From IMG/VR virus record IMGVR_UViG_3300046006_001177, positions 1-52,785 of that record: a stretch of 52,785 nucleotides of DNA; one strand, written 5' to 3'. This DNA comes from a virus. Lineage: Duplodnaviria; Caudoviricetes. Below, piece by piece: positions 44,501-52,785 of the stretch (its first letter is position 1; every line of letters begins with the position of its first letter). The notes beneath the pieces are model-generated. The model saw only the letters and a list, made by a program, of their open reading frames with translations. It made no database searches and was not told where the DNA came from. The translations under genes were made by a program, and so were the position numbers.

Positions 44501-47414
44501 TGAAGTCCACGTCAGCCAGATACTTCTGCACCTCGATCTCTGACATGCCGTAGGAGATCAGCTCATGTACATCTTTTAAGGCCTGCCGAGTGTTCAGCTT
44601 TGGCGGTACAGGAACGTTGTTAGCCTGATCTGCTTTGACCTTTTTGATGATGAACTTGCGCAGTTTCTCAAGGTCTTGGTAAGGACCGATAAGATTCTTA
44701 GCTTTGGTCTTCTCTGCAATCGTGAGCTGTCCCTGTGTCGCAAGATGCAGCATCTCGTGCAGCAGTGTGCGGTAGTTCGTACCCTCAACCTTCTTCTCTT
44801 GTCCGGCAACGTTCGGGCCATTGATGGTTACGTCGAACTTAGCCTCTGGCAAAGTCCAACCTGTGACCATGCCATAAACATTCTTACGCCGACGACCGCC
44901 ACGCAGCACCTTGAACGACATCGGTATGCCGCGATCTTGCATCGACTTCACACGCGCGCGCACAGCTTGCGCTACGATCTTTGCGAAGCTATTAGGCGCG
45001 TTGGCTATCAGCCAGTCAGCCACCTCTATCACATTCATGCCATCTACTTCTTTGGCAATCTCTGTGGTTGACTTGTCGATCTTGTACTCTTGCTTCTCTG
45101 GCTGCTCTACAGCTACCGGCGCAGGCGCAGTAGGCTCACCGCGCAACACCGCAAACACGTCCTCGATAGGACGCGCGACAGGTGCATTGCCAAACAGATC
45201 TGGTCCACCCTGTGTTTCTGTGTATGCCTTCTGTGCTTCTGCTGCCAGACTACTCAGAGAATCGCCGATTCTGCGTGGTGCATTCTTGTTGGCGGCAAAC
45301 ATGCTGACTACCTCGCGGGTCAGCGGATCCATCTCGATGTCACCCTGATCTACGTACGTAGCTAGGTCTACACCCTGCCGACGTGCGTTGACTGCCAGCT
45401 CTGCTGCTTTCGCTACATACTGCCGGACGTCATAGTCACCAGCGCCTTCCAGGTTCGACATGGCGGGCGCAGCAATCGACATCCCTTTCAGGATCTGCTG
45501 TGCTTCTGGGTCGGTTGCCTCTGCGTACAGATCGATCAGCGCGTCATTCGCGTACGCCTTTGCAAACAGTGCGTTGGCTAGACGTAGCTTTGCTATCGGA
45601 TTGGGCTGGCCTTGTCTGTTGATCAGATTCGCCTGCTCTTCCTGCGGCATAGCGGCAACAAACTGCCGCAGCGATTTCAAGGACGCGTTGCCATCTGCAA
45701 GGAACTCGATCCCCTGCAAGTCAAACCTGCCCATGTCAATCTTTGCCTGCTCTGTCGGGGACATGCCAAGCTGACCGCCGACGTTGCTCTTGTCAGCAAT
45801 ATCAGGCGTGAGTGCTGATTTGGGCATGATCCGCACCAGCATGGGCTGACCAACCTGACGTATGACCTCTGGGTCTATGCCATGGCTAGGATCATTGACC
45901 AAGCTGCTGACGTAGTCGTTCGCCGTTCCCTCTTGGAATGCTCGCTGCAATCCGGCAACACGACCATTACCTGCTACCGGACGAATGCCAGAGAACTCAG
46001 GATCTGCGTACTCAGGGACTGTTGTGCCATCTGCGCGATTGCTAGGGACAATAAAGCCAGCGTCAATCACCGCATACTGCACAGGTATTTTCGTGCCATC
46101 AGAGGCAGACACTGTGTCGATGCGTCCCAACCGCTGCGAGTTTAATTCCACATCACTGATTACCACGGGTGCGCCAGCGCCAAAGTCTTTAGACACAGAC
46201 AGTCGGTTGTAATCAGGCTCTGCCGCAATGCTGGTCATCTGCTGAATAGATGCTGGCTTAGAACGATCACGGTTCTGGATGTCAGAGAACGACATGCCGA
46301 AGTCTTCTGGCTTGCCCTCCCAGTAATTGGTCATCGCAGACACAGCATCATCTGATGGTGGGGCAAATGAAGGCGGTGAAGGCGGTGGTTCCACAGGAGG
46401 TGCGGCTTCTGTGGGAGGTGGTGCAGCAGCAGGAGGCGCAGCAGCTGGTTCCGCAGTTGGCTCTGCTGTAGGTGCCGGTGGTTTTTCCGCAGGCGCTTCT
46501 CTGCGACCAGTCACGCCTGCCGCAGTACCAAGACCCAAGCCGCCAACAGCAGCCATACCCATCGTCTCGCCCAAACCTTCTGTCAGGCTGCGAGTGGGAT
46601 CAACCTTTTGTACCGCAAGGTTCTGCGCTACCTTGCCGCCGCCTTCTTCAATCGCTTCGCTGATAGCTTCGCCAGCACCACCTTTGATGCCGCCAAGAAT
46701 CCTGCCGCCCTTGATCGGTGTCTTGGCCATCGCCCGCTCAATAGCGCGACCGCCCGGCAACATCTGAGCAGCAATAGATATGACGCCAGCTTCGAGGCCG
46801 GCAGTACGTGCGTAGCCCAGCACACGGCCAGTAGCTTCTTCCGGCGATACGCCTTGGTCTACCAGCTTCTTATGTAGCTCTTTGAACGTCTCTGCACCGA
46901 TATCTGCGCCCTGCTGCGTAGCACCTGTGCCGACAGCGCCTGCCACGGCCGTGCGTGCGCCAGCACCGGCAAGACTCAAGCCGCGTGCAACTGCTAATCC
47001 GGGGAGAAGATTGGGTGCCTGCTCTGCGATGAAATTACTGAGCAGCGCAGGATTGGCGATGGTTTCTTTGAATGCTGTAATACCAGCAGACAGCTCGCCC
47101 TCTTTGCCGGCTTCTTTGATCTTGGCTGCACGCTCTGCTTCCAAGCGTTTCAGCTCTTCCGACTTCATGCCTTCGCCGGTCTCACGCAGCTGACGGCCAA
47201 CCTTGGTCAAACCAGTATCAGAGAACTCGCCCGTAGCTAGGCCGTATAGCTGACCCGGTAACTGTGCCAACGCACCAGCACCGGATACCAGTCCGGCGCC
47301 TACGTCTTTGATAGCTTCGCCAGTCGTGCGACCGCGCTTTACAGGTTCATCAAACTGGTCAAACGGATTGCCAGCTTTGGTTGCAACGTCAAACTGGTCA
47401 AAAGGGTTTGCCAT
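41514..47414 (-). CDS. large polyvalent ejection protein (1966 aa): DdrB-like ParB domain, zincin metallopeptidase, LPD38-like C-terminus
   Basis: NPFDQFD x2; IQNRDR...GAPV...AGNGR..GL; LLHEMLH...HEL; DFS..G, IPFLNA..QG, R.PKPFE.G motifs. Confidence 0.8.
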   Translation of the reverse strand: MANPFDQFDVATKAGNPFDQFDEPVKRGRTTGEAIKDVGAGLVSGAGALAQLPGQLYGLATGEFSDTGLTKVGRQLRETGEGMKSEELKRLEAERAAKIKEAGKEGELSAGITAFKETIANPALLSNFIAEQAPNLLPGLAVARGLSLAGAGARTAVAGAVGTGATQQGADIGAETFKELHKKLVDQGVSPEEATGRVLGYARTAGLEAGVISIAAQMLPGGRAIERAMAKTPIKGGRILGGIKGGAGEAISEAIEEGGGKVAQNLAVQKVDPTRSLTEGLGETMGMAAVGGLGLGTAAGVTGRREAPAEKPPAPTAEPTAEPAAAPPAAAPPPTEAAPPVEPPPSPPSFAPPSDDAVSAMTNYWEGKPEDFGMSFSDIQNRDRSKPASIQQMTSIAAEPDYNRLSVSKDFGAGAPVVISDVELNSQRLGRIDTVSASDGTKIPVQYAVIDAGFIVPSNRADGTTVPEYADPEFSGIRPVAGNGRVAGLQRAFQEGTANDYVSSLVNDPSHGIDPEVIRQVGQPMLVRIMPKSALTPDIADKSNVGGQLGMSPTEQAKIDMGRFDLQGIEFLADGNASLKSLRQFVAAMPQEEQANLINRQGQPNPIAKLRLANALFAKAYANDALIDLYAEATDPEAQQILKGMSIAAPAMSNLEGAGDYDVRQYVAKAAELAVNARRQGVDLATYVDQGDIEMDPLTREVVSMFAANKNAPRRIGDSLSSLAAEAQKAYTETQGGPDLFGNAPVARPIEDVFAVLRGEPTAPAPVAVEQPEKQEYKIDKSTTEIAKEVDGMNVIEVADWLIANAPNSFAKIVAQAVRARVKSMQDRGIPMSFKVLRGGRRRKNVYGMVTGWTLPEAKFDVTINGPNVAGQEKKVEGTNYRTLLHEMLHLATQGQLTIAEKTKAKNLIGPYQDLEKLRKFIIKKVKADQANNVPVPPKLNTRQALKDVHELISYGMSEIEVQKYLADVDFKDKNAFTRFVDAIRRLLAINRSEQSALERLVSLSEETLEVPVEDIAKQFTSYGARYGVSTPEVSEEREPFSDVPKDEEPKRNQDFLEEKWKRMKEGAPKDKPPSFDGVSDDVWSQISKTFFPQNKNIIQKIDSMRDSFWQRLAQGIADQYRTIKDYSEEAYMKARMSKTIDGALEGILFNGQVKLTNGALDIKPNTKGLMQALEPVGNEVDRYQIWVALQRDAELVRKGKAPSVSKELVQRRDELSAGKIGNKSRLEVYEQVQRDMKRLNGSVLSIALRQGVIDKEAYKIFRRDINYIPFYKVMDEGGDVQAAATKSGLVNQYFSKALKGGERPFGDLMENTLRNWSHILSSSMKNEAANATIRAAMDVGAAFPNLKVGLRWEDGKVYSDKSGEMIGDGKLKPEYTTSGKGKIQTMIDGKPAYFEVADPLLLESIMSIGYMGPKSKFLDIARDFKNLLQFGVTLSPAFKIRNLFRDSISAIAVSDLKRNPFANVIQGWAASDRNNPAHISALAGGAIFNFGSAYEGDQSKMIRRLLDQGIKGENILDNKSKITNALRTTWTAYQDLGNKSESANRMALYQQLRDTVNPKTGENFTHLEASFYARDLLDFSMQGAWPAFRLVTQVIPFLNARVQGLYKLGRDGIVPTSRVIYNTVNGKDISATDKQKAEQFSIVMSAVALASLMLYMAFKDDEEFKKREQWDRDNFWWFKLPGMDAAVRVPKPFEIGAFGTMVERVAEQIFDQGAEGKVFEQSLKRMLTDTFAINPIPQVIKPLVDLYANKDSFTGAPIETAGMERLSKAERIAEKTSPLAIALSKVTNVFLPESTEVSPVQADYAIKGYLGWLGGTASWLSHYAVQPFSKSAYPDNNWTETMSAGFIKTLPATQSKYVTAFYENNKEIAQAYADMRHFAQLGNADKVQEILKEKGDKIAMAKFYDNASKDMAKMRQAILHIRNDENMSGAQKKEEIDRLKVVIGEIARQMEESRLEVKKQYAASR

Positions 47415-47417
47415 TTG

Positions 47418-48836
47418 TTATTTCCCTAGAATACGCGCTGCCGCTCCCTGTCCATACTTAGCGTCAAAGTCTGCTGCCAAGCCGGGATTCTTTTTCAGAT
47501 AATCAACAGCTCCCGCTGGGGGCGAAGTCATTGGAGCAGGCGCAGCACCTGATCGCATAGGATCAGATGACATCATTTGTCGCGCCATCTCTTGTTTTTG
47601 CTGCAATGTCTTGCCAGCGTTCATAGGATCATTTGCCACAATCTTCATGGCTTCTTCGTAGCTCATGATGTTCTGTGGTTTGCCAGCGCCACGGATACGA
47701 TCTATGTCGCCCATGAATTTGCCAGCAGCTTCTGGTCCTTGTTTAGCAAGGATGTCGTGGTACCTGCTTAGTAGGCGCTCTGTTTCGCCCGGACGACCAG
47801 CAGACATCGCGTGAATCTTAGCCACAGCAAGCTGGTATTGACCAGACTTGTCAGCCACTTCCAGCGCACGCTTTGCGTTCTCATCAACACCGTACTTGGT
47901 AATGTACAGTTCAGATGATTTTTCAAGCGCTTTGTTCTCTTGGTCAACACGACGCTGCTCAAGTGCCTGGAGTTGATCTTCGTAGCGATTGACTCTCTCT
48001 CTTGCCTTGCCAGACTGATCGCGTTTCAACCGATCTTCTGCCATCAACAGATCGCGCTCTGCCTTGGTGATGTCGCGTTCGGTATCACGGATTTCCTTCA
48101 TCGTGCCGCTGTACTGCATCAACGCCTGACGACCTGCTGTAGACAGTGCTTCGAACTCCTTGCCTTGACGTGCGCCTAGTAGGCCAAATCCAGCCATCAT
48201 CAGGGCTTCACCCTTGGCCTGATCTCTACGACCCTTCAGTTCCTCTCGACGCGCCTTTTCTTCTTCGCGCATCGAACGAATCAACTCACCCGTATCAATA
48301 CCGGCTAGGCGCTCTTCCTCTTGCATCCGTTTCAACTCACCAGCGTAGGTGCGCTCTTCCGGCATCTTGTAGTCGCGCAACGCGTAACCACCCGGCATTA
48401 CTACCGGCTGACGCGCTGGCGGCGCAGTAGGTGCAGCGGGTGTTTCTCGCGCTATAGCCTCTGGCAAAGAAGCCAGACCTCTGCGGAATGTATCCTCGGC
48501 AGATACCAACTCACCATCTGCATATCCCGGCACTTCTCCACCGTCGGCAAATGCAACGATCCCGCCGCCTGCCATCTCTTCTGGCAGTCCTGATGGCAGC
48601 GCAGCCACTCCGGGCTGTGCTTGTTGTTGCATCATCTGTTGTTGCTGACCTAGTACCTCATCTGCCACGGTCTGCTGCGGCGGTTGCATGTTCTGCTTCT
48701 GGATGCGGTCGATCATCATCCCAGCCATGACAGCCTTGGTGGGATCTATCAATCCCATTTGCGCCATCTTCTGCAACTGAGGCTTGCTGTACTTGGTAGC
48801 CAGCGCCTGTATATCTTGAATACCGGGAATAGCCAT
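47418..48836 (-). CDS. putative DNA ejection/internal virion protein (472 aa)
   Basis: MAGGGIVAFADGG; coiled coil; C-terminal YLKKNP....FD.KYG.GAA; AGGA-like upstream context. Confidence 0.7.
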   Translation of the reverse strand: MAIPGIQDIQALATKYSKPQLQKMAQMGLIDPTKAVMAGMMIDRIQKQNMQPPQQTVADEVLGQQQQMMQQQAQPGVAALPSGLPEEMAGGGIVAFADGGEVPGYADGELVSAEDTFRRGLASLPEAIARETPAAPTAPPARQPVVMPGGYALRDYKMPEERTYAGELKRMQEEERLAGIDTGELIRSMREEEKARREELKGRRDQAKGEALMMAGFGLLGARQGKEFEALSTAGRQALMQYSGTMKEIRDTERDITKAERDLLMAEDRLKRDQSGKARERVNRYEDQLQALEQRRVDQENKALEKSSELYITKYGVDENAKRALEVADKSGQYQLAVAKIHAMSAGRPGETERLLSRYHDILAKQGPEAAGKFMGDIDRIRGAGKPQNIMSYEEAMKIVANDPMNAGKTLQQKQEMARQMMSSDPMRSGAAPAPMTSPPAGAVDYLKKNPGLAADFDAKYGQGAAARILGK

Positions 48837-48837
48837 C

Positions 48838-49875
48838 TTAGGACTCCGTCATCTTGTGCAATCCCAACCCCATCAAGCCGCCGTTCTTAAAAATTGGAAG
48901 CCCTTGCGCGGCTCTCGTACCAGCATAGATACTTGCTAGACCACCGATCTGCGCACCCAACGACGGTGGCGCTTCGTACAGCTGCTTGGTCGAAGTCATC
49001 GGCATACCACGCGCCATCTCCATGATGAACTGCGCTTGCTGATATGGGAACTGCTGCTGCCGTAGAAAGTCTTCGTAATCCTGACTCAGCTTCTTCTGCT
49101 GCAATGCCTGACGCTCTGCGCCTGCTGCCGCCTGCAAGCCAACAATATCCTTGGCCTGACCAAACTGTAACTGCCCCAACTGACCCAGCTGCTGTGCCGA
49201 CTGGAGTGCCGACTGTAAGCCGAGCTGAGATGCCTGTAGGCGACGTGCCTGTTCTGACTGGAACTGCTGCGCTGCCTGCTCGTAAGCGGCCTGACCGCCA
49301 CGCGCCTGAATGTCACCCATCTGCTGGGCTAGATTTCTCTGCGCCTCTGCTTCCATGATGGCCTGACGTGAGCCGCCAAATGCACCTGCTCGCGCTGCCT
49401 GCGCACCACGCTGAGTACGGGCAATGTCTGCTTGCCGTTGAGCTTCGCGCTTGGAGATGTCCACCACGTTCTGCATGTACGGCGACATGTACGACTGCGC
49501 CATGCCAGGATCGGTGAAAGATCCACCTGCTAGCAGAGATGGGTTGTAGACGCCCGCCAGACCTGCCGCTCCTGCGCCGCCCGCCATCTGTGCAGAAGGA
49601 TTCACATACGGAGATACCGCCAAGTTGGCCGTTGCCTGCTGTGCCTGTAGCTGCATCGGGTCAAATCCCGCTATGCGCTGGTACTCGTAAGGACGGTACT
49701 GCTGCTGCGCTAGGCCAGCAGACTCTTCTAGTACACGGTTGACCAGCGGCTGGACTTCTGGCGCGTACGACAGAGCAGTCTGCGTTACAGCGCTGGGAGT
49801 TCCCCCGCCACCGTCGCCGCCCATAGAGAACGTGAACCAGTCCGGGTTAAACAGGAATTTCAGGAAGCTAAACAT
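48838..49875 (-). CDS. putative DNA ejection (pilot) protein, Gln/Ala-rich (345 aa)
   Basis: Hydrophobic leader then MGGDGGGG; YMSPY.Q.V, AGAFGGSRQ and Q...P..Q motifs. Confidence 0.72.
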   Translation of the reverse strand: MFSFLKFLFNPDWFTFSMGGDGGGGTPSAVTQTALSYAPEVQPLVNRVLEESAGLAQQQYRPYEYQRIAGFDPMQLQAQQATANLAVSPYVNPSAQMAGGAGAAGLAGVYNPSLLAGGSFTDPGMAQSYMSPYMQNVVDISKREAQRQADIARTQRGAQAARAGAFGGSRQAIMEAEAQRNLAQQMGDIQARGGQAAYEQAAQQFQSEQARRLQASQLGLQSALQSAQQLGQLGQLQFGQAKDIVGLQAAAGAERQALQQKKLSQDYEDFLRQQQFPYQQAQFIMEMARGMPMTSTKQLYEAPPSLGAQIGGLASIYAGTRAAQGLPIFKNGGLMGLGLHKMTES

Positions 49876-50314
49876 TTAAATGCTCCTTGCGATATTCGTC
49901 ATACCGCTCAAACACGATTTCTTTCCACACTTCAGGCATGTATTCAGCCGCCTTCTCTGGTCCCACACAGACATGCACCGCGTAAGCGATGATGTTGCCC
50001 GCCGCATATCGCAGGCCGTGCGCTATCTCTATGCCATGCTGATCCTTCGTCTGCTCGTAGTGGTTGGCCGTCTGATACGCACTCACAACGGTTATCCACA
50101 TGGGCAAAACAGCATGCTGAATCATCTGGTAGAACCGATTCATCGGCAGGTAAACCAAGCAGATCATGAACGCGTTGTTGATGTCACGCTCTGCTAAATC
50201 TTTGTCTTTATCTACCAGATCATCCCAAGCGTGTGACAGATCCACAAACATGTGGAACATGGCAAACGCATCCTCATTACCACCAAACCACTCAAGCTTT
50301 CCTACAGTCTTCAT
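49868..50314 (-). CDS. alpha-helical protein with DDxxD motif (isoprenoid-synthase-like), 148 aa
   Basis: HAWDDLVDKD, LP.N.FY; coupled between two ejection-module genes. Confidence 0.6.
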   Translation of the reverse strand: MKTVGKLEWFGGNEDAFAMFHMFVDLSHAWDDLVDKDKDLAERDINNAFMICLVYLPMNRFYQMIQHAVLPMWITVVSAYQTANHYEQTKDQHGIEIAHGLRYAAGNIIAYAVHVCVGPEKAAEYMPEVWKEIVFERYDEYRKEHLNV

Positions 50315-52785
50315 GCAGGCAGATGCTTCTCTGATCTGGTATTAACAGCGACTCTGTTTTTGCCGACCGACTTGCGCCGTGCTTTCTGGATTCTGTCCAT
50401 CATGGCGTACAGCTTCCGCGCACCAGCGTCTGTCGATCCGTTGCCAAGTTCAGAGACGATACGAGCTGGAATCACAAACTCACCATCAGCAAGACGAGCA
50501 GGCTGCCGGTTGCCAATAACAGCAGGGATATCATCAGATACTCCATCTCCCGGTCCTTTCAGTAGTCTGCCACCATCAGAGTAGCCGCCAAGATCTGCTA
50601 TACCGCCAGCAGCCATCTTGACGCTTTCTCCCGTCTCTCTTGCCCGCGCCAAGAACTTCTCGCGCTCGCCAGCATCAATCCGGTTGTCTCTACCAAACTC
50701 ATTGATCCAGTAATCAAAGCCGCCCATGTCTGGCGCACGTCCAAGATTATCTTGGTACAGATCGTAAAGTTGCTCACGGGCGTAGTTGTTGGACTGCTTG
50801 GTTACTGGGTCGGTTCCAAACAAGAATGGTGCTTTTGCGTTCAGTTGTGCGCTTTCTTCTTGAGTGATACGACTGCCCATTCTGTTGGGGTCATACAGAC
50901 CGGCGTTATAACCAGCATTGCCCATGTCTACTTCTTTTCGTAGACCGGCGGCTATCTGCTCTCTGAGAGGATCAATACCACCTGCTTTACCTATCTGGCT
51001 CATCCAGTATTCACGGCCAGGAATATCTGTCTCGCGACCACCGATCTCTCTGTACAGGCTTTCCAGTGCATTTCTGTCAGCAAGCTCGGTCTGAGCATTC
51101 GACATAAACAGCTCACGCTCACCAGCGTCAATGATGTTGTCCTTGCCGATGGTATTCAAGTAATAATCAAATCCTGCCGCATCAGGCAGACGTCCGAGCT
51201 TGGTCAAATACAGCTCGGTCAAATCTGCTCGTGCTTTGTCATTTGGTCCAGTCTGGAACTGTCTAATCAGCGCATTCTCTTCGGGCTTATTCTCGAAGTA
51301 GTTGTACGCATACGCGCCCGGTGCTGTGCTGATTTCTCTGCCAGTGCCTGTTCCGGCTGCTGCGCCAGCTCCGGCACCAGCGGCGGCACCAGTACCGGTA
51401 CCAGTACCGGCCCCAACTCCTGCACCAGCACCTACACCAGCTCCAGCTCCTGCGCCACCAGTTGTTGCGGGAGTGGTGGCTGGCAAGCTTGGTAATCCCA
51501 GCTTTGGCACAACAGGACCTGGGTAGCCATACTGCGCCGGGTTGTACGGAACCCCGCCTTCGATCATGGCTCGGCCAGACTCGTCGTACACGATCTTCGG
51601 CACAAGCGGCTTGGCTAGGTTCGTGAAATACTCAGGCGAGTATTGCAACGTTTTCTCTAGCGTAGATGGCGCCATTTGAGCTTGCCGCGAGTAGAACTCC
51701 AAGCCAGGCAAATCTACCTGTCGACCAAGTACACGCTCATAGGCGTCTGCTACCTGACTAGGCGTTGCAGCCGAGGTCTGTAGGCTTCTAGTTGGCGCTT
51801 TGCTACCAAGAGCAAATGTCGTTTTTGCAAATGGCGACTCTACGGCTTCAGTATTCGTTGAGGACCCCTTCCCTCGATAGTCATATCCCCCGCCAACATA
51901 TATAGCACCAGCTGGAATGTTGACGGTGCCGGACGATCCTTGGCTTGCTGCTTGCGTTGCTGCTTGTGTTGCAGCTTGGTTGGTTGCTGCTTGGTTGGTT
52001 GTTGTTGTGGTGGTAGTACCGCCCCTTGGAACACCAGTTGCTAAAAATTCTGCTCTTTCTGGATTGTTCGCATAAGACAGATCTGCGCGAAGTTGAGCTG
52101 CTGAAATGTTTGGATTTGAATAATGCTGCAATCCAGCGGGATCTGGCGCACGTCCAAGGAACTCTCGGTACGCAGCTTCAATATCACCGCCCGCAGCAAA
52201 CTTCTGCTCTCCGGTGTACGGATCTACGTTTTCGTAGTTCATCGGGCGAATGAAGTCTTGAGAGATTGGCCGCTCTGATGGTGTGGCGTATCCACGTGCT
52301 TTTTGATTAGCCATCGGGTAGCCGGTGTTGGCACCGATAGCGTTCATGCGGGACATCTGCTCTACCGTGCCGCCATCTGCTAACGACATCAGCCCACCGC
52401 CTGCTGCGTACACCTCGCCCGTCGGCGCAAACCGCGCGTTCGGATAGTAGTTACGCTCGCTAGTGCCAGCTACGCCAATAGGATATGGATCGTACTCGTA
52501 TCTCAATCTTTCAAGCGGCTCGCCCTTTTTCTGTTCAGGCATCTTGCGCTGCCCCTGCGACGCGTTGTACAGAGATGTCGCCAACGCAGCAGACTCATAC
52601 GGATTGTCTTTAACAAACTGCATGAGCTTCTTGGGATCGGAGGTTATTTCTCCCAATCCTCGACCCATTGCTGACAACTGACCGCTGACAGTATTTGGCG
52701 CTGTTGCTGCTTGAGCTAGGCCTGCGTTTGTCACACCGCGCACTAAATCACCCTGCATGCCGCCTTGGATGGCAGATTTCAATTT
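50311..52785 (-). CDS. large virion/ejection-module protein with five DUF4214-like repeats and C-terminal GPGDG.SD.IPA...L.DGEFV domain; 5' end off window
   Basis: Frame open to window end; Y...LGR.PD..G..Y/W repeats; Gly/Ala and Thr/Gln linkers; five xxGG motifs. Confidence 0.8.
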   Translation of the reverse strand, partial: KLKSAIQGGMQGDLVRGVTNAGLAQAATAPNTVSGQLSAMGRGLGEITSDPKKLMQFVKDNPYESAALATSLYNASQGQRKMPEQKKGEPLERLRYEYDPYPIGVAGTSERNYYPNARFAPTGEVYAAGGGLMSLADGGTVEQMSRMNAIGANTGYPMANQKARGYATPSERPISQDFIRPMNYENVDPYTGEQKFAAGGDIEAAYREFLGRAPDPAGLQHYSNPNISAAQLRADLSYANNPERAEFLATGVPRGGTTTTTTTNQAATNQAATQAATQAASQGSSGTVNIPAGAIYVGGGYDYRGKGSSTNTEAVESPFAKTTFALGSKAPTRSLQTSAATPSQVADAYERVLGRQVDLPGLEFYSRQAQMAPSTLEKTLQYSPEYFTNLAKPLVPKIVYDESGRAMIEGGVPYNPAQYGYPGPVVPKLGLPSLPATTPATTGGAGAGAGVGAGAGVGAGTGTGTGAAAGAGAGAAAGTGTGREISTAPGAYAYNYFENKPEENALIRQFQTGPNDKARADLTELYLTKLGRLPDAAGFDYYLNTIGKDNIIDAGERELFMSNAQTELADRNALESLYREIGGRETDIPGREYWMSQIGKAGGIDPLREQIAAGLRKEVDMGNAGYNAGLYDPNRMGSRITQEESAQLNAKAPFLFGTDPVTKQSNNYAREQLYDLYQDNLGRAPDMGGFDYWINEFGRDNRIDAGEREKFLARARETGESVKMAAGGIADLGGYSDGGRLLKGPGDGVSDDIPAVIGNRQPARLADGEFVIPARIVSELGNGSTDAGARKLYAMMDRIQKARRKSVGKNRVAVNTRSEKHLPA

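Noticed and set aside
51340-51460. Gly-Ala/Gly-Thr tract as a collagen-like or DNA tandem repeat
   Set aside because: Period-2 peptide linker with varied codons; not Gly-X-Y and not an exact DNA repeat.
1-52785. Integrase/att sites, diversity-generating retroelement, alternative genetic code
   Set aside because: No recombinase or reverse-transcriptase motifs seen; long genes read through in the standard code and use all three stop codons.

Overview
This window is most of a ~55% GC (estimated by eye) dsDNA tailed phage genome with podovirus-like gene order. A Betaproteobacterial aquatic host is an inference only. Both window ends fall inside minus-strand virion genes. Layout: (1) 1-16.7 kb, minus strand: terS, LexA-like HTH, terL, portal, GroES-like protein, scaffold, major capsid, a block of small basic xxGG-motif proteins, adaptor and tail genes. 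(2) 17-19.8 kb, plus strand: small early genes joined by repeated junction sequences. (3) 19.8-25.1 kb, minus strand: Toprim primase, SF2 helicase, ParB-like protein and a fucosyltransferase-like gene. (4) 24.4-25.55 kb: a divergent control region with four sigma70-like promoters and three structured RNA candidates. (5) 25.6-41.5 kb, plus strand: XRE regulator, Cas4-like exonuclease, ERF, SSB, resolvase, HNH nucleases and a ~10 kb glycan cassette (GT-A x2, GT10, gmd, fcl, GT2, rfbH, split transketolase, SDR). (6) 41.5-52.8 kb, minus strand: ejection proteins, including a 1966-aa polyvalent protein. I saw no integrase, DNA polymerase, tRNA or CRISPR array. The best candidates for new biology are: a phage fucose/branched-deoxysugar glycosylation system with two unrelated fucosyltransferases; an HNH element that supplies a synonymously recoded replacement 5' end for the gene it interrupts; a [MFYL]xxGG motif shared by nine virion-module proteins; an unannotated 8-Cys secreted peptide; and a multiply pseudoknotted ~270-nt non-coding element. 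All family calls come from motifs recognised by eye; no searches were run.
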